In this document: positions 1-8,870 of the stretch, in pieces
How the letters are laid out: each line of letters starts with the position of its first letter
Position numbering within the stretch: the first letter of the stretch is position 1
Assembly (NCBI GenBank): GCA_965250085.1
Contig: OZ252287.1
Coordinates: 672,001 to 736,000, forward strand
Length of the DNA stretch: 64,000 bases
Direction of reading: 5' to 3'
Source: Candidatus Altimarinota bacterium
GTDB taxonomy: Bacteria; Patescibacteriota; Gracilibacteria; CAIRYL01
Program-made: the position numbers and the translations under genes
The notes under the pieces: model-generated
Told to the model about the DNA's origin: nothing
The model's database searches: none
The model's input: only the letters and a program-made list of their open reading frames with translations

Positions 1-269
1 TCCAGTCAGTTCCAAGTGGTGCTACTGCTTATCCATATAACTACGCAGTGCTTACTTCTGAGTTAGCAGCCCCAACAAATTATGAAATGGCTGTTCTTTT
101 GGAAGCATCTTCTAACTTAACTGCCACTGGAGCCGCCCAAACTGATGGAGGTGGACAAACCGATGCATATGAAGTCGGTCCTGTCTCTAGTTACATTGAA
201 GGAGCCTCTGGAGCAACCGGCGCAAATACCGCTGCTACTTCTCCTGCCGCTACTATGAGTGTGTTGTAA
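1..269 (+). CDS. 3' part of a probable type IV pilin / GspG-like protein (5'-truncated)
   Basis: Frame is open from the window edge: QSVPSG..YPYNY..YEMAVLLE..TDGGGQTDAYEVG. This resembles the C-terminus of CPR pilin-like proteins. The prepilin N-terminus lies outside the window. Confidence 0.55.
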   Translation, partial: QSVPSGATAYPYNYAVLTSELAAPTNYEMAVLLEASSNLTATGAAQTDGGGQTDAYEVGPVSSYIEGASGATGANTAATSPAATMSVL

Positions 270-296
270 TACGTAATACACTTTCTTAGGCTTGAT

Positions 297-328
297 AAAA
301 AGACCGACTCATCTGAGTCGGTCTTTTT
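297..328 (+). terminator. Intrinsic terminator, possibly bidirectional
   Basis: AAAAAGACCGACTCA-TC-TGAGTCGGTCTTTTT perfect hairpin with A and T tracts. Confidence 0.85.
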
Positions 329-460
329 GAAAATATATTATACACCCCCCCTCCCTTCGTTGGTTCAGGTTTTTTCTCCATCGAATGTTCGTGACATAAA
401 GGTGTGTTTATGAGAGAATAATAGTCCGAGAGAAAAAACCTCTTTGCTCTTTATCACCAC

Positions 461-908
461 GGGGATGACTGGCTTTCGACAGGAAGAATGCCAGATATAT
501 AATTGCCATTCGGGGATTCGTTCTTTCCTCCCCGCATATCCGGAAAAAACACTATAAGTGCAAATACTTTTGCCTCTAAAGCTCAAAGGTTCTTTGCTCG
601 CTTCGCTCCTGCAAAGGTAGCGCCAGCATTTGCAATGGCCTAAGCTTTTTTCTCCGTTGAGCATAGCTCCGGAGAACGCTGTTCCTCTCTGTATCCTAAA
701 GTGGAAGGTAGCAGTGTAGACTTTTTTAGGACGTAATGTTTTTCTTTTGCCTCTTTTTAGAAACATTCTGTATACCTAAAAAGAAGCCTTTTGTGCGGCT
801 TTACGCCTCTCTTTTATCGCATAAGAGCACCCCTGAAGAGAAGCTATGATGGAAGATATTATGTATTTGCCTTTCTGGACGGGGGTTCGATTCCCCCCAT
901 CTCCACCA
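461..908 (+). ncRNA. ssrA: tmRNA
   Basis: 5' GGGGATG pairs with 3' CATCTCC-ACCA, with the G3:U Ala identity pair. 5' motif GGCTTTCGAC, T-arm GGGGGTTCGATTCCCCC. Tag frame 560-643 follows ATAAGT and reads ANTFASKAQRFFARFAPAKVAPAFAMA*. Confidence 0.97.
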
Positions 909-1169
909 GTATATTTATGAACTTCTGAATATGTTTTTTTGAACTATACACATTCAGAAAAACAGTTTTAAACCTACAAAAATAAAATTTTATTACCGAT
1001 GGCACACTGCTACATTGCTGAACATCTTCATACTGGAATGATGTTCGGATGTGAAGTTCTATAAAACTTCAAAAAGCCCTGATTCCTTCAAAGCAATGTT
1101 TTTAATCATTTTGCTTCACGTTCATCGAAATTACATTCAAGATAACTTTGATATGCTTTACGCAACAGA

Positions 1170-1367
1170 TTAATTATCTTGATTGTTCTCGCCCCCGCGT
1201 TTCTCCATTCTTCCATGAACACTCAATACCCTATTAATACGTTTCCCTCTTTCACTTGCTGAGAATAAAACAGCATCCCGTATAAGATGAGAACTGGGAT
1301 GACGGGGATCAAATTTGGGATGATCAGTACGACCACTATTGGATGCTTCTGGAGTTCTTTCGAGCAT
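1170..1367 (-). CDS. Short hypothetical ORF, possibly the 5' part of an eroded gene
   Basis: ATG with an AT-rich leader. Coding-like sequence continues in other frames toward ~920. Confidence 0.3.
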   Translation of the reverse strand: MLERTPEASNSGRTDHPKFDPRHPSSHLIRDAVLFSASERGKRINRVLSVHGRMEKRGGENNQDN

Positions 1368-1416
1368 AAAAATAAAAAAGAGAATATAAAATGATAATAT
1401 ATTTTTATCTTAAGTA

Positions 1417-4400
1417 TTATTTGATTTTTGTCAAGTATATCCTGATCTTACTTTCATTGAGGACTATTTTCTGTTCAAAATGAGCATTTTTTATCTCTTT
1501 TTCAAATTTTATTTGCTTCGCCAAAACCTCTGCGGCAATTTCTTTTTCAAATTGCTTGAGAGTTGCTAAAGTGCTTTTTTCTCCTGCAACTGTAAGCTCT
1601 ATACGATCGGCAACATCAAATCCGGCCTCTTTTCGAGCATCTTGGACACAACGGACAAATTCTCGCATGAGTCCTTCATCTTTAAGTGATTCGGTAATAT
1701 TCATGTCGAGAGAAACCACAATGCCTTTAAACGAACTCACATCATGATCGCCTTTGCCATGATACTCCACTTCATAAGTTCCTTCCTCGAGGAAATACTC
1801 CCCTACTTGCACTCCTCCTTTGGTTTCTGTGTATTCACCTGATTTTGCCATTTGTATTACCTGCTGCATATTTTTCCCAAACACAGGACCCAATTTTCTC
1901 GCGTCTGGCTTGATGATGCATTCACATATTTCTTCTGCCGTTTTCATGAGCCTCACCTCTTTGACATTCAGTTCTTTGAGGATAACCTCTTTGTTGTCCT
2001 GCAAAGTATTTTGAGAAAATTTATGAGGAAGAAATACTTCTGCTTCCTGTAGAGGCTGGCGTAATTTGATTTTCTGTTGTGCTCTCAAAGAGAGCCCTAG
2101 GGAAATAATTGTCTCTACAACTTCAAATTCTCGCCTGAGCTCAGAATCATCTGGAAGATTCTCGAACTCAGGAAAATCTGTCAGATGCACGCTTGTTTGC
2201 TTGGTAAGATTTTGATAGATGTGCTCCGTCATAAAAGGAGCAAATGGAGCAAGTACCTGACAAAAAGTAGTCAATACTGTGTACAGCGTCTGAAATGCTT
2301 CTTCTTTATCTTGTCCCATCCCAGATTTCCAAAATCTTCGCCGAGAACGTCGTACGTATCCATTTGTAAGCTTATCAAGGAACACGCGAATATTTTTCAC
2401 TGCATTAAAGAGGTCATATCCTTCCATTTCTGTCGTCACATGACGCACAAGTTCTCTGAGCTCTGTCAAAATCCAACGATCAAGTTTTGCTTGCCCTGAA
2501 CCTGCCGAAGGGGAGTTTGGAGTTTTGAGTTTGGAGCTTTTTTTACTCCCTCCTCCCTTCTCTTCACTCCCTGCTGGCACCCATCCATCTATATTGGCGT
2601 ATGTCACAAAAAACGAATACGCATTCCAAAGAGGCAGAAATACATTTCGCATGTTTTCAAGTACTGCTTTTTCAGAAAATCTCAAATCATCTGCTTTGAC
2701 GACTGGTGAATTCATAAGCGTAAATCGCACGGCATCTACTCCAAAACGTTCAAATACTTCATGAGGATCAGGATAGTTTTTTTTGGATTTGGACATTTTC
2801 TGTCCGTCTTCGGCCAGCACAATTCCATTTACAATTACATTTTTGAACGCTGGTTTGTCAAAAAGTGCAGTGGAAAGTACATGCAAGGTGTAAAACCATC
2901 CTCGTGTTTGATCCAGTCCTTCAGCAATAAAATCCGCTGGAAAGTTTTGTTCAAATTTTTCTTTATTCTCAAATGGATAATGACTCTGAGCATATGGCAT
3001 AGATCCGCTTTCAAACCAACAATCAAGTACTTCTGAGACACGTTCCATTTCCTTTCCTGATGCAGAAAGAATTGTAACTTCATCAATATATGGCTTATGA
3101 AGATCTACCTCTCCTTTTGGATTTTCTGGTCGACCGTCAAAACTATAGATCTCATACTCCCCCGTATCCAGCATTACCTTCTCAGATCCTTTGGGATCAA
3201 AAAGGAACTCTATAGATTCATGAGTAAAAAACTTTCGGATAATGCGGGCCGGGTCTCCATGTGTAATCACGAGAATGTTTTTGTCACGATATTCTTTTTG
3301 GATCTCTCGTAAAAACTCGCTTGCTCTCTGTAAAACATCTTCCTGAGTTTCTCCGTTATGAGAGTTTCCGTAATATCGTTCATGTGCATCTGGAAAGAGC
3401 TTACGAAACTCCGTAAGTTTTTTGCCTTCACGATCTCCTACATCTACCTCTTTGAGTCTTTTATCAACTCGGATTTTCTTTGGATCTATCTCGAGTTGGG
3501 TAGCGACAATTTCTGCAGTTTGACGAGTTCTGAGAAGAGGTGAAGTAAAAATCATATCAATCTTTTCTTTTCGAAGCTCCTGTCCGGCGCTTTGTGCTTG
3601 GCTTTTTCCTTTCCCGGTAAGCTCGACTGTTGAATCTATTCGAGAATCAATAAGCCCTGTAATATTGTGCTTCCCTTCTCCATGACGCATTACAATTATT
3701 TTGGAGTTTTTCTGGCTTCGTTCTTGGAGTTCTTTGATTGAGCCAATACATTCTACTTCACCTGTTTCTGGGCATCGCCACACCGGCAATGGTGCTCCCC
3801 AGTATCGATTTCGTGAAATCGCCCAGTCCTGAGCATTTTCTAACCAGTTGTGAAATCTTTTTTGACCAATGGCTTCTGGTACCCAATGAACTTGCTTGTT
3901 ATTTTTGAGCATCTGTTTTTTGATCTTTTCCACGTGTATAAACCAAGTTTTGACCCCTCGATACATCAAAGCGCTGTCTGTTCTCCAACAATGGGGATAG
4001 CTGTGGCGCACGCGATCATGACGAAAGAGATGTCCTGACTTTTTAAGTTCTTCAACTACCCAATCATTTGCATTGCTTTCTTTGGAGCCTGGCACTTCTG
4101 GATCAGGGCGAAAATATTTTCCCTCAAGTTCGGAAATAGTGTCATCAAAAAAGCAATTCTCATCAAACGGATACAACAGTTCCACATTATGAGCCGTCAA
4201 GATACGAGCATCATCTTCTCCCGTTGGTGCCATGTGTACCACACCCGTTCCTTCCTCGTCAGACACAAAATCATCTCCAAAGATTTGAAAAGCATTTGCA
4301 TGGTTCTTGAAAAATGGGAAAAGAGGTTGGTATTTTTTGTATTTTTTCAATAACTGATTTCCCTTAAAAGTTTCAACTAATTCTGCCATATTGAGTTTAC

Positions 4401-5322
4401 TATATTTTTTAGACTCAAATATTTTTTTTGATAAAATAAAAAACTGAGAACCTGCCGAGTGCAAAGCTTGCTTATTTGCTTCTGTTGCAGTTGGATAAGA
4501 AGAAAATTTATAAATTATTTCTCCTGCATGATTTTTCCAAACATCCCTTTTAACTTTCACATACTCAATTTCTGGATGCACTACGAGTCCCAGGTTCGAG
4601 GGCAATGTCCAAGGCGTTGTTGTCCACGCCAAGATGTATGTAGGTTCTTCATTCGTAACTCGTAATTCGTTATTTGGCATTAACTGAAATTTTACCGTAA
4701 CGGCTGGATCATCAATGTCTTTATAATTGAGACCTGCTTCAAAATTGGAAAGTGGAGATCCCAATTTGGGAGAATAGGGAACGACTTTTTCTCCTTCATA
4801 GATCAGTCCCTTGTCCCAGAGACTTTTAAACACCCACCACACTGACTCCATAAACTCGGGATTCATGGTTTTATAGTCGTCTTCAAAATCCACCCAGCGT
4901 CCCATACGAGTCACTGTTTTTTTCCAATCCTCTGCACAGCGCATCACAATACTTCGACACAGTTCGTTATATTTCCCTACTCCCATACTTTCGATCTCTG
5001 GTTTGCCACCAATTTTATTTTCTTTTTCTACCTGAAACTCGACCGGTACTCCATGACAATCCCAGCCAAATCGCCGTTCAATGCGCTTTCCTCGCATGGC
5101 AAAAAACCGGGGGATCACATCTTTGATTGTTCCTGCAAGTATGTGTCCATAATGCGGCAGACCGGTTGCAAAAGGAGGTCCATCATAAAACGCATACCGA
5201 TCCTTCGTATCTCTCATTTCAATACTCTTGCGAAATATATCGTTTTTTTTCCAAAACGAAATGATATCACGTTCTAGTTGTGGGAAGTTTTGCTTTGGAT
5301 CAACTGACTGAAAATATGTCAT
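1417..5322 (-). CDS. ileS: Isoleucine--tRNA ligase (IleRS2 type) with an inserted histidine-phosphatase domain
   Basis: DGPPFATGLPHYGH, GWDCHG, WTTTPWTLP, DWAISRNRYWG and KMSKS motifs. Start moved to ATG 5322 (MTYF) because the upstream ORF extension overlaps the T-box terminator. Confidence 0.97.
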   Translation of the reverse strand: MTYFQSVDPKQNFPQLERDIISFWKKNDIFRKSIEMRDTKDRYAFYDGPPFATGLPHYGHILAGTIKDVIPRFFAMRGKRIERRFGWDCHGVPVEFQVEKENKIGGKPEIESMGVGKYNELCRSIVMRCAEDWKKTVTRMGRWVDFEDDYKTMNPEFMESVWWVFKSLWDKGLIYEGEKVVPYSPKLGSPLSNFEAGLNYKDIDDPAVTVKFQLMPNNELRVTNEEPTYILAWTTTPWTLPSNLGLVVHPEIEYVKVKRDVWKNHAGEIIYKFSSYPTATEANKQALHSAGSQFFILSKKIFESKKYSKLNMAELVETFKGNQLLKKYKKYQPLFPFFKNHANAFQIFGDDFVSDEEGTGVVHMAPTGEDDARILTAHNVELLYPFDENCFFDDTISELEGKYFRPDPEVPGSKESNANDWVVEELKKSGHLFRHDRVRHSYPHCWRTDSALMYRGVKTWFIHVEKIKKQMLKNNKQVHWVPEAIGQKRFHNWLENAQDWAISRNRYWGAPLPVWRCPETGEVECIGSIKELQERSQKNSKIIVMRHGEGKHNITGLIDSRIDSTVELTGKGKSQAQSAGQELRKEKIDMIFTSPLLRTRQTAEIVATQLEIDPKKIRVDKRLKEVDVGDREGKKLTEFRKLFPDAHERYYGNSHNGETQEDVLQRASEFLREIQKEYRDKNILVITHGDPARIIRKFFTHESIEFLFDPKGSEKVMLDTGEYEIYSFDGRPENPKGEVDLHKPYIDEVTILSASGKEMERVSEVLDCWFESGSMPYAQSHYPFENKEKFEQNFPADFIAEGLDQTRGWFYTLHVLSTALFDKPAFKNVIVNGIVLAEDGQKMSKSKKNYPDPHEVFERFGVDAVRFTLMNSPVVKADDLRFSEKAVLENMRNVFLPLWNAYSFFVTYANIDGWVPAGSEEKGGGSKKSSKLKTPNSPSAGSGQAKLDRWILTELRELVRHVTTEMEGYDLFNAVKNIRVFLDKLTNGYVRRSRRRFWKSGMGQDKEEAFQTLYTVLTTFCQVLAPFAPFMTEHIYQNLTKQTSVHLTDFPEFENLPDDSELRREFEVVETIISLGLSLRAQQKIKLRQPLQEAEVFLPHKFSQNTLQDNKEVILKELNVKEVRLMKTAEEICECIIKPDARKLGPVFGKNMQQVIQMAKSGEYTETKGGVQVGEYFLEEGTYEVEYHGKGDHDVSSFKGIVVSLDMNITESLKDEGLMREFVRCVQDARKEAGFDVADRIELTVAGEKSTLATLKQFEKEIAAEVLAKQIKFEKEIKNAHFEQKIVLNESKIRIYLTKIK

Positions 5323-5415
5323 AGGGAATTTTAAATTTTGAATTATAAATTTGCTAAGAGCTAATGGCGAACTGCTAAAGGCTTTAAATATCAGAGCATC
5401 TTTCCCCACATTACT

Positions 5416-5632
5416 AAAAAAATACACAGACACATATAGTATCTCTGCAAGGGTTCAAAATTGAACGGTACCACCTTGCTTCCCCGCTCTGCGGGGCAAC
5501 TTTATTTCTTTTGATCACGGAGTTATTTGGACTGATTCTCCGGAAGAGTCTACTTTTCGCCTGAGGCGAATTTCTTTCTTCGGCGCACTCCTCTCTGGAG
5601 TATTGTAAAGTGATTCCTTTACTCTAACGCTT
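5416..5632 (-). promoter_or_regulatory. T-box riboswitch (Ile) upstream of ileS
   Basis: Antiterminator GCAAGG-TGGTACC-GTTCAA-TT-TTGAAC-CCTTGC (5479-5447). Specifier AUC in the loop of GTAAAG-GAATCA-CTTTAC. Stem II with GAA/AGUA, a CCGTGATC Stem IIA/B-like motif, Stem III, and an overlapping terminator with a U7 tract. Confidence 0.9.
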
Positions 5633-5746
5633 TTACATTGTTTCTAATGAACACGCAGAGTATCTCAAAAAAGAGTCCTGTCTTCAATAAGTTCTTTCAT
5701 CTTCAGAATTGTTTTTGTTTCCTTTTTTGCTGCAAAAATGAACACT

Positions 5747-6817
5747 TCAAGCTCTCATATTTTTCAGTTTCTGGATAGCTTTTGCATTCGCTGAAGGAAA
5801 TTTATATTTTCCGAATTCATGAGCCGGAATCCATTGTATTTCCTCGTGCTCTAAGCACTTTGGTGTGCCCTGCAAAATTTGGCATCGAAAAAATCGGATT
5901 CTCCATAAAAATTCACCATCCTCCCATACGTCTTCAAAAAAGTGAGGTCGTACTGAGACTTCGACTCCAAGTTCTTCCTGTATTTCACGTTTGAGTGCAT
6001 GCCTCCAGCTTTCGCCTTTTTCGCGTTTCCCGCCAGGAAATTCCCAAAAGCCACCCTGATTATCCGTTCGCTTGGCAATCAGATATTTTCTTTGGTGATG
6101 AATGCAAGCTGCTGCCACCTCTATCGCCGGTTTTAGAGAAACGATTTTTTTTCGTGGTGGAGAGAGCAAAGATTTTTCCCATTTTTCCTTTTTTCCACTT
6201 TGGAAAAATGAACACTCTGTTTGAAGTGGGCACACTTCGCATTGTACTCTTCTGCTCTGACAAAGAGTTGCTCCTAAGTCCATAAGTGTGTGGTTGAGAT
6301 TGGGAGCTTTTTTGTTGGCCAGCTCAAAAAGACTTTCTGATCGTTTTGGCAGCCCTTTATCGGTACAAAAAAATACTCGTTTTAAAACGCGCTTTATATT
6401 GGTATCTAATGCTGGAACAGGCTTATTGTATGCGAAACTCAAAATAGCAGATGCCGTATATTCACCTACTCCCGGCAGCTTCAGAAGATCGTTCCTCGTT
6501 CCTGGAAATTTGCCGCCAAATTCATCACAAATCATACGTGCCGTGAGCAGCATGTTTTTTCCACGTGAATAAAATCCAAGCCCCCTCCAGTACGGGAGAA
6601 TATCTTTCCATGTTGCTTCTGCAAGAGTCTGCACATCTGGAAATCGTTCCAAAAAGCGATGATAGTAGTCAATTACACGACTTACCTGTGTCTGCTGGAG
6701 CATAATTTCTGAAACCCAAACCTTGTACGGATCATGAGTATCTCTCCACAGTAAATCACGCTTTTTAGTTTTGTACCATTGCAGTAATTTAGAGGTGATG
6801 TTTTTATTTTTTTCTAT
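5747..6817 (-). CDS. mutY: A/G-specific adenine glycosylase MutY fused to a MutT-type NUDIX domain; start uncertain (non-ATG)
   Basis: WY..RDLLWR..DPYKVWVSEIMLQQTQV, LPGVGEYTA HhH motif, CX6CX2CX5C Fe-S motif, and Nudix box GGKREKGESWRHALKREIQEELGV. Frame is open to a TAA at 6823-6821. Confidence 0.9.
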   Translation of the reverse strand: MEKNKNITSKLLQWYKTKKRDLLWRDTHDPYKVWVSEIMLQQTQVSRVIDYYHRFLERFPDVQTLAEATWKDILPYWRGLGFYSRGKNMLLTARMICDEFGGKFPGTRNDLLKLPGVGEYTASAILSFAYNKPVPALDTNIKRVLKRVFFCTDKGLPKRSESLFELANKKAPNLNHTLMDLGATLCQSRRVQCEVCPLQTECSFFQSGKKEKWEKSLLSPPRKKIVSLKPAIEVAAACIHHQRKYLIAKRTDNQGGFWEFPGGKREKGESWRHALKREIQEELGVEVSVRPHFFEDVWEDGEFLWRIRFFRCQILQGTPKCLEHEEIQWIPAHEFGKYKFPSANAKAIQKLKNMRA

Positions 6818-6985
6818 ATTTTATGGGTCAGAAGCATTCTTTTGTATTGTTGCGAAAAAATATTATATATGGAAAGTAAAAACTTTTATATGATGAAGTT
6901 TTGATTTTTTCCGATAGTTGAAGTTGAATACTGTGACTAGTAATTTTATTTTATTTATGATATAATATTATAATTAAATATTTTA

Positions 6986-8383
6986 ATGCCAGAAGACTCT
7001 CTTGATATTTCGGCACAGCCTATAGCAGGCCAAGATCCAGATATCTTGTTGGAGAAGATTTCCTGTAATAACCTCGCAAGTCATCAGCTTTCAGGTCTTC
7101 AAGTAAAAATTGATTGTCATAACCAGTTCCAGTGGCAGGCTCGGCAAAATATACAATGGAAAGATGAAATTTTGCAAAAAAACAAAGAAATAATTGCATC
7201 TCTTTTTTCCGATTCTGTCCAAGTTCCGCCTCCAAAAGGACGTACAAATGAGTCTCTTATAAAAATGTTTGAGCGAGTGTACGCACAAGATAATTCCAGA
7301 AGGAACAAGGATGGAAAAAATTCATATGACTTGCTCTTTGAGGGCTGGCAAAGAATGATTGCATATGATCCTAAGCTCGGAAAAACACATTTACAGATGA
7401 TACATGAATATTGCATGGCGGAGAGATTTCCATTTGAACTGCTCCCTTTTCTTGCCCTTGCTGAGTCACACTGGAAGCCAAACGCTCTGTCTTCAAAAAA
7501 AGCAGCTGGATACCTCCAATTCATGCCAAAAACATGGGAAGCATGGGGTACTAAAGACGATAACGGAATGTCTGTAGATATGAGAAATGATCCCGTAGAA
7601 AGCGTCAAAGCCGGAATTCGGTATCTCAAGTGGTGTTATCGAAAAACGATAGAGTGGGACACTGGAAAAATGCCAATAGATAAAGAGGTCGATTATAAGG
7701 AGTCTCGGCGATGGCACTGGGCTATGTGGATATACAATTCTGGTCCTGGAAGGTCTACAAAGGGTGTATACCACCATTATAGAAAAAACAAAGATCCTAT
7801 GTACTATCCGAAAATTTGTAATAGTACAGAGAGCAAGCAGTATGTTCCTAAAATATATGCCATTCGGGAAGTTCTTAAAAAACAAATGCCAAGCATTGCA
7901 AATGTGCAAATTGCTCATTCTGAAACTGAAAAACTCCCAAGGTCAAATAAAGAATTAATTTCTTCTCCTCGACCAGAGATACAAGTGTCTCAAAATAATA
8001 AGAATCAAACGGAATCTGAAGAAGCTCAATTAGACAAAGAAGCTATAAAAGAATCTGTTGTATATCGTATGCACTTTGGTGATAGAGTTGCTGACATTGC
8101 ATTCCGACTTTGTGGATATGCATCTGACCGTGTCATAAAACAAATAAAAATGTTGAATCCTAGTCTCAACATCAATCGTATTCGATCTGGACAAAGGATT
8201 CGTATTCCCGCTGAAGAGATTATAGTACCAAAAACTGGAGTTGCTCAAATCACTGCTAGGAGATACATCTCAGGGGTAGACCCTCATGATGCCCGACTCT
8301 ATCTCCATTATCTCAATAGAAAAAATCCGGAGCTAAGCCCGATCAGACCGGGAGACACAATCATTGCACCCCTCGTGTATTAG
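6986..8383 (+). CDS. Lytic transglycosylase (SLT/MltD-like) with C-terminal LysM-like repeats
   Basis: LALAESHW..A.S...AAGYLQFMP.T, YNSGPG and ESKQYVPKI motifs. C-terminal LNPSLNINRIRSGQRIRIP and IRPGDTIIAP are LysM-like. Confidence 0.85.
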   Translation: MPEDSLDISAQPIAGQDPDILLEKISCNNLASHQLSGLQVKIDCHNQFQWQARQNIQWKDEILQKNKEIIASLFSDSVQVPPPKGRTNESLIKMFERVYAQDNSRRNKDGKNSYDLLFEGWQRMIAYDPKLGKTHLQMIHEYCMAERFPFELLPFLALAESHWKPNALSSKKAAGYLQFMPKTWEAWGTKDDNGMSVDMRNDPVESVKAGIRYLKWCYRKTIEWDTGKMPIDKEVDYKESRRWHWAMWIYNSGPGRSTKGVYHHYRKNKDPMYYPKICNSTESKQYVPKIYAIREVLKKQMPSIANVQIAHSETEKLPRSNKELISSPRPEIQVSQNNKNQTESEEAQLDKEAIKESVVYRMHFGDRVADIAFRLCGYASDRVIKQIKMLNPSLNINRIRSGQRIRIPAEEIIVPKTGVAQITARRYISGVDPHDARLYLHYLNRKNPELSPIRPGDTIIAPLVY

Positions 8384-8726
8384 TTTGTTCTGGAAAAATA
8401 AGTATGTTTGCTTCCGAACTAGTGCTTTTAGCAACGGGCGCAATTGGACCGACTGACAAACGATCGCACTCTTTTTGTATAAGACTAATGACTTCTTCTC
8501 TAGGATGTCTACTCGCAATATTTACTGCATAAATTTGGAGTTGATTGGCTTCCTCTGGATCATTTGGAAAAGGTATCCTAACCTCTTTTTGTCCAGGAAA
8601 AATTATTTGATAAAACCGATCCGCACAAGAAGTGATCTGCATTCTACAGTTTGTGTTAGTGAAGTTAAAATCCATTTTCCCTTTAGGGAGTGACCGTCTA
8701 TCTTCTATGGATACAACTTTAGACAT
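8361..8726 (-). CDS. Hypothetical protein
   Basis: 121-aa ATG ORF with an upstream TTGACA..TACAGT promoter-like sequence. Confidence 0.55.
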   Translation of the reverse strand: MSKVVSIEDRRSLPKGKMDFNFTNTNCRMQITSCADRFYQIIFPGQKEVRIPFPNDPEEANQLQIYAVNIASRHPREEVISLIQKECDRLSVGPIAPVAKSTSSEANILIFPEQTNTRGVQ

Positions 8727-8870
8727 ACTACTTAAGAAATGTATTAAGAAATGTATTTTGTACTGTACATGTTTGACAATTTATGTCAAGCATCGGAGAG
8801 ATTTGCTTGTTTCTATGTATGATCTGTGTTATAATGAGTAGAATTTTTAACAAGTTTATATACTTCTCGT

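Noticed and set aside
365-766. 133-aa ORF on the minus strand
   Set aside because: It is antisense to the tmRNA gene and has no protein motifs.
5323-5433. N-terminal extension of ileS in the ORF track
   Set aside because: It overlaps the T-box terminator and a heptamer array, and IleRS similarity begins at MTYF.
8773-8789. TTGACA-N5-TGTCAA palindrome as a repressor operator
   Set aside because: It is explained equally well by -35 boxes between divergent genes, and no second copy was noticed.
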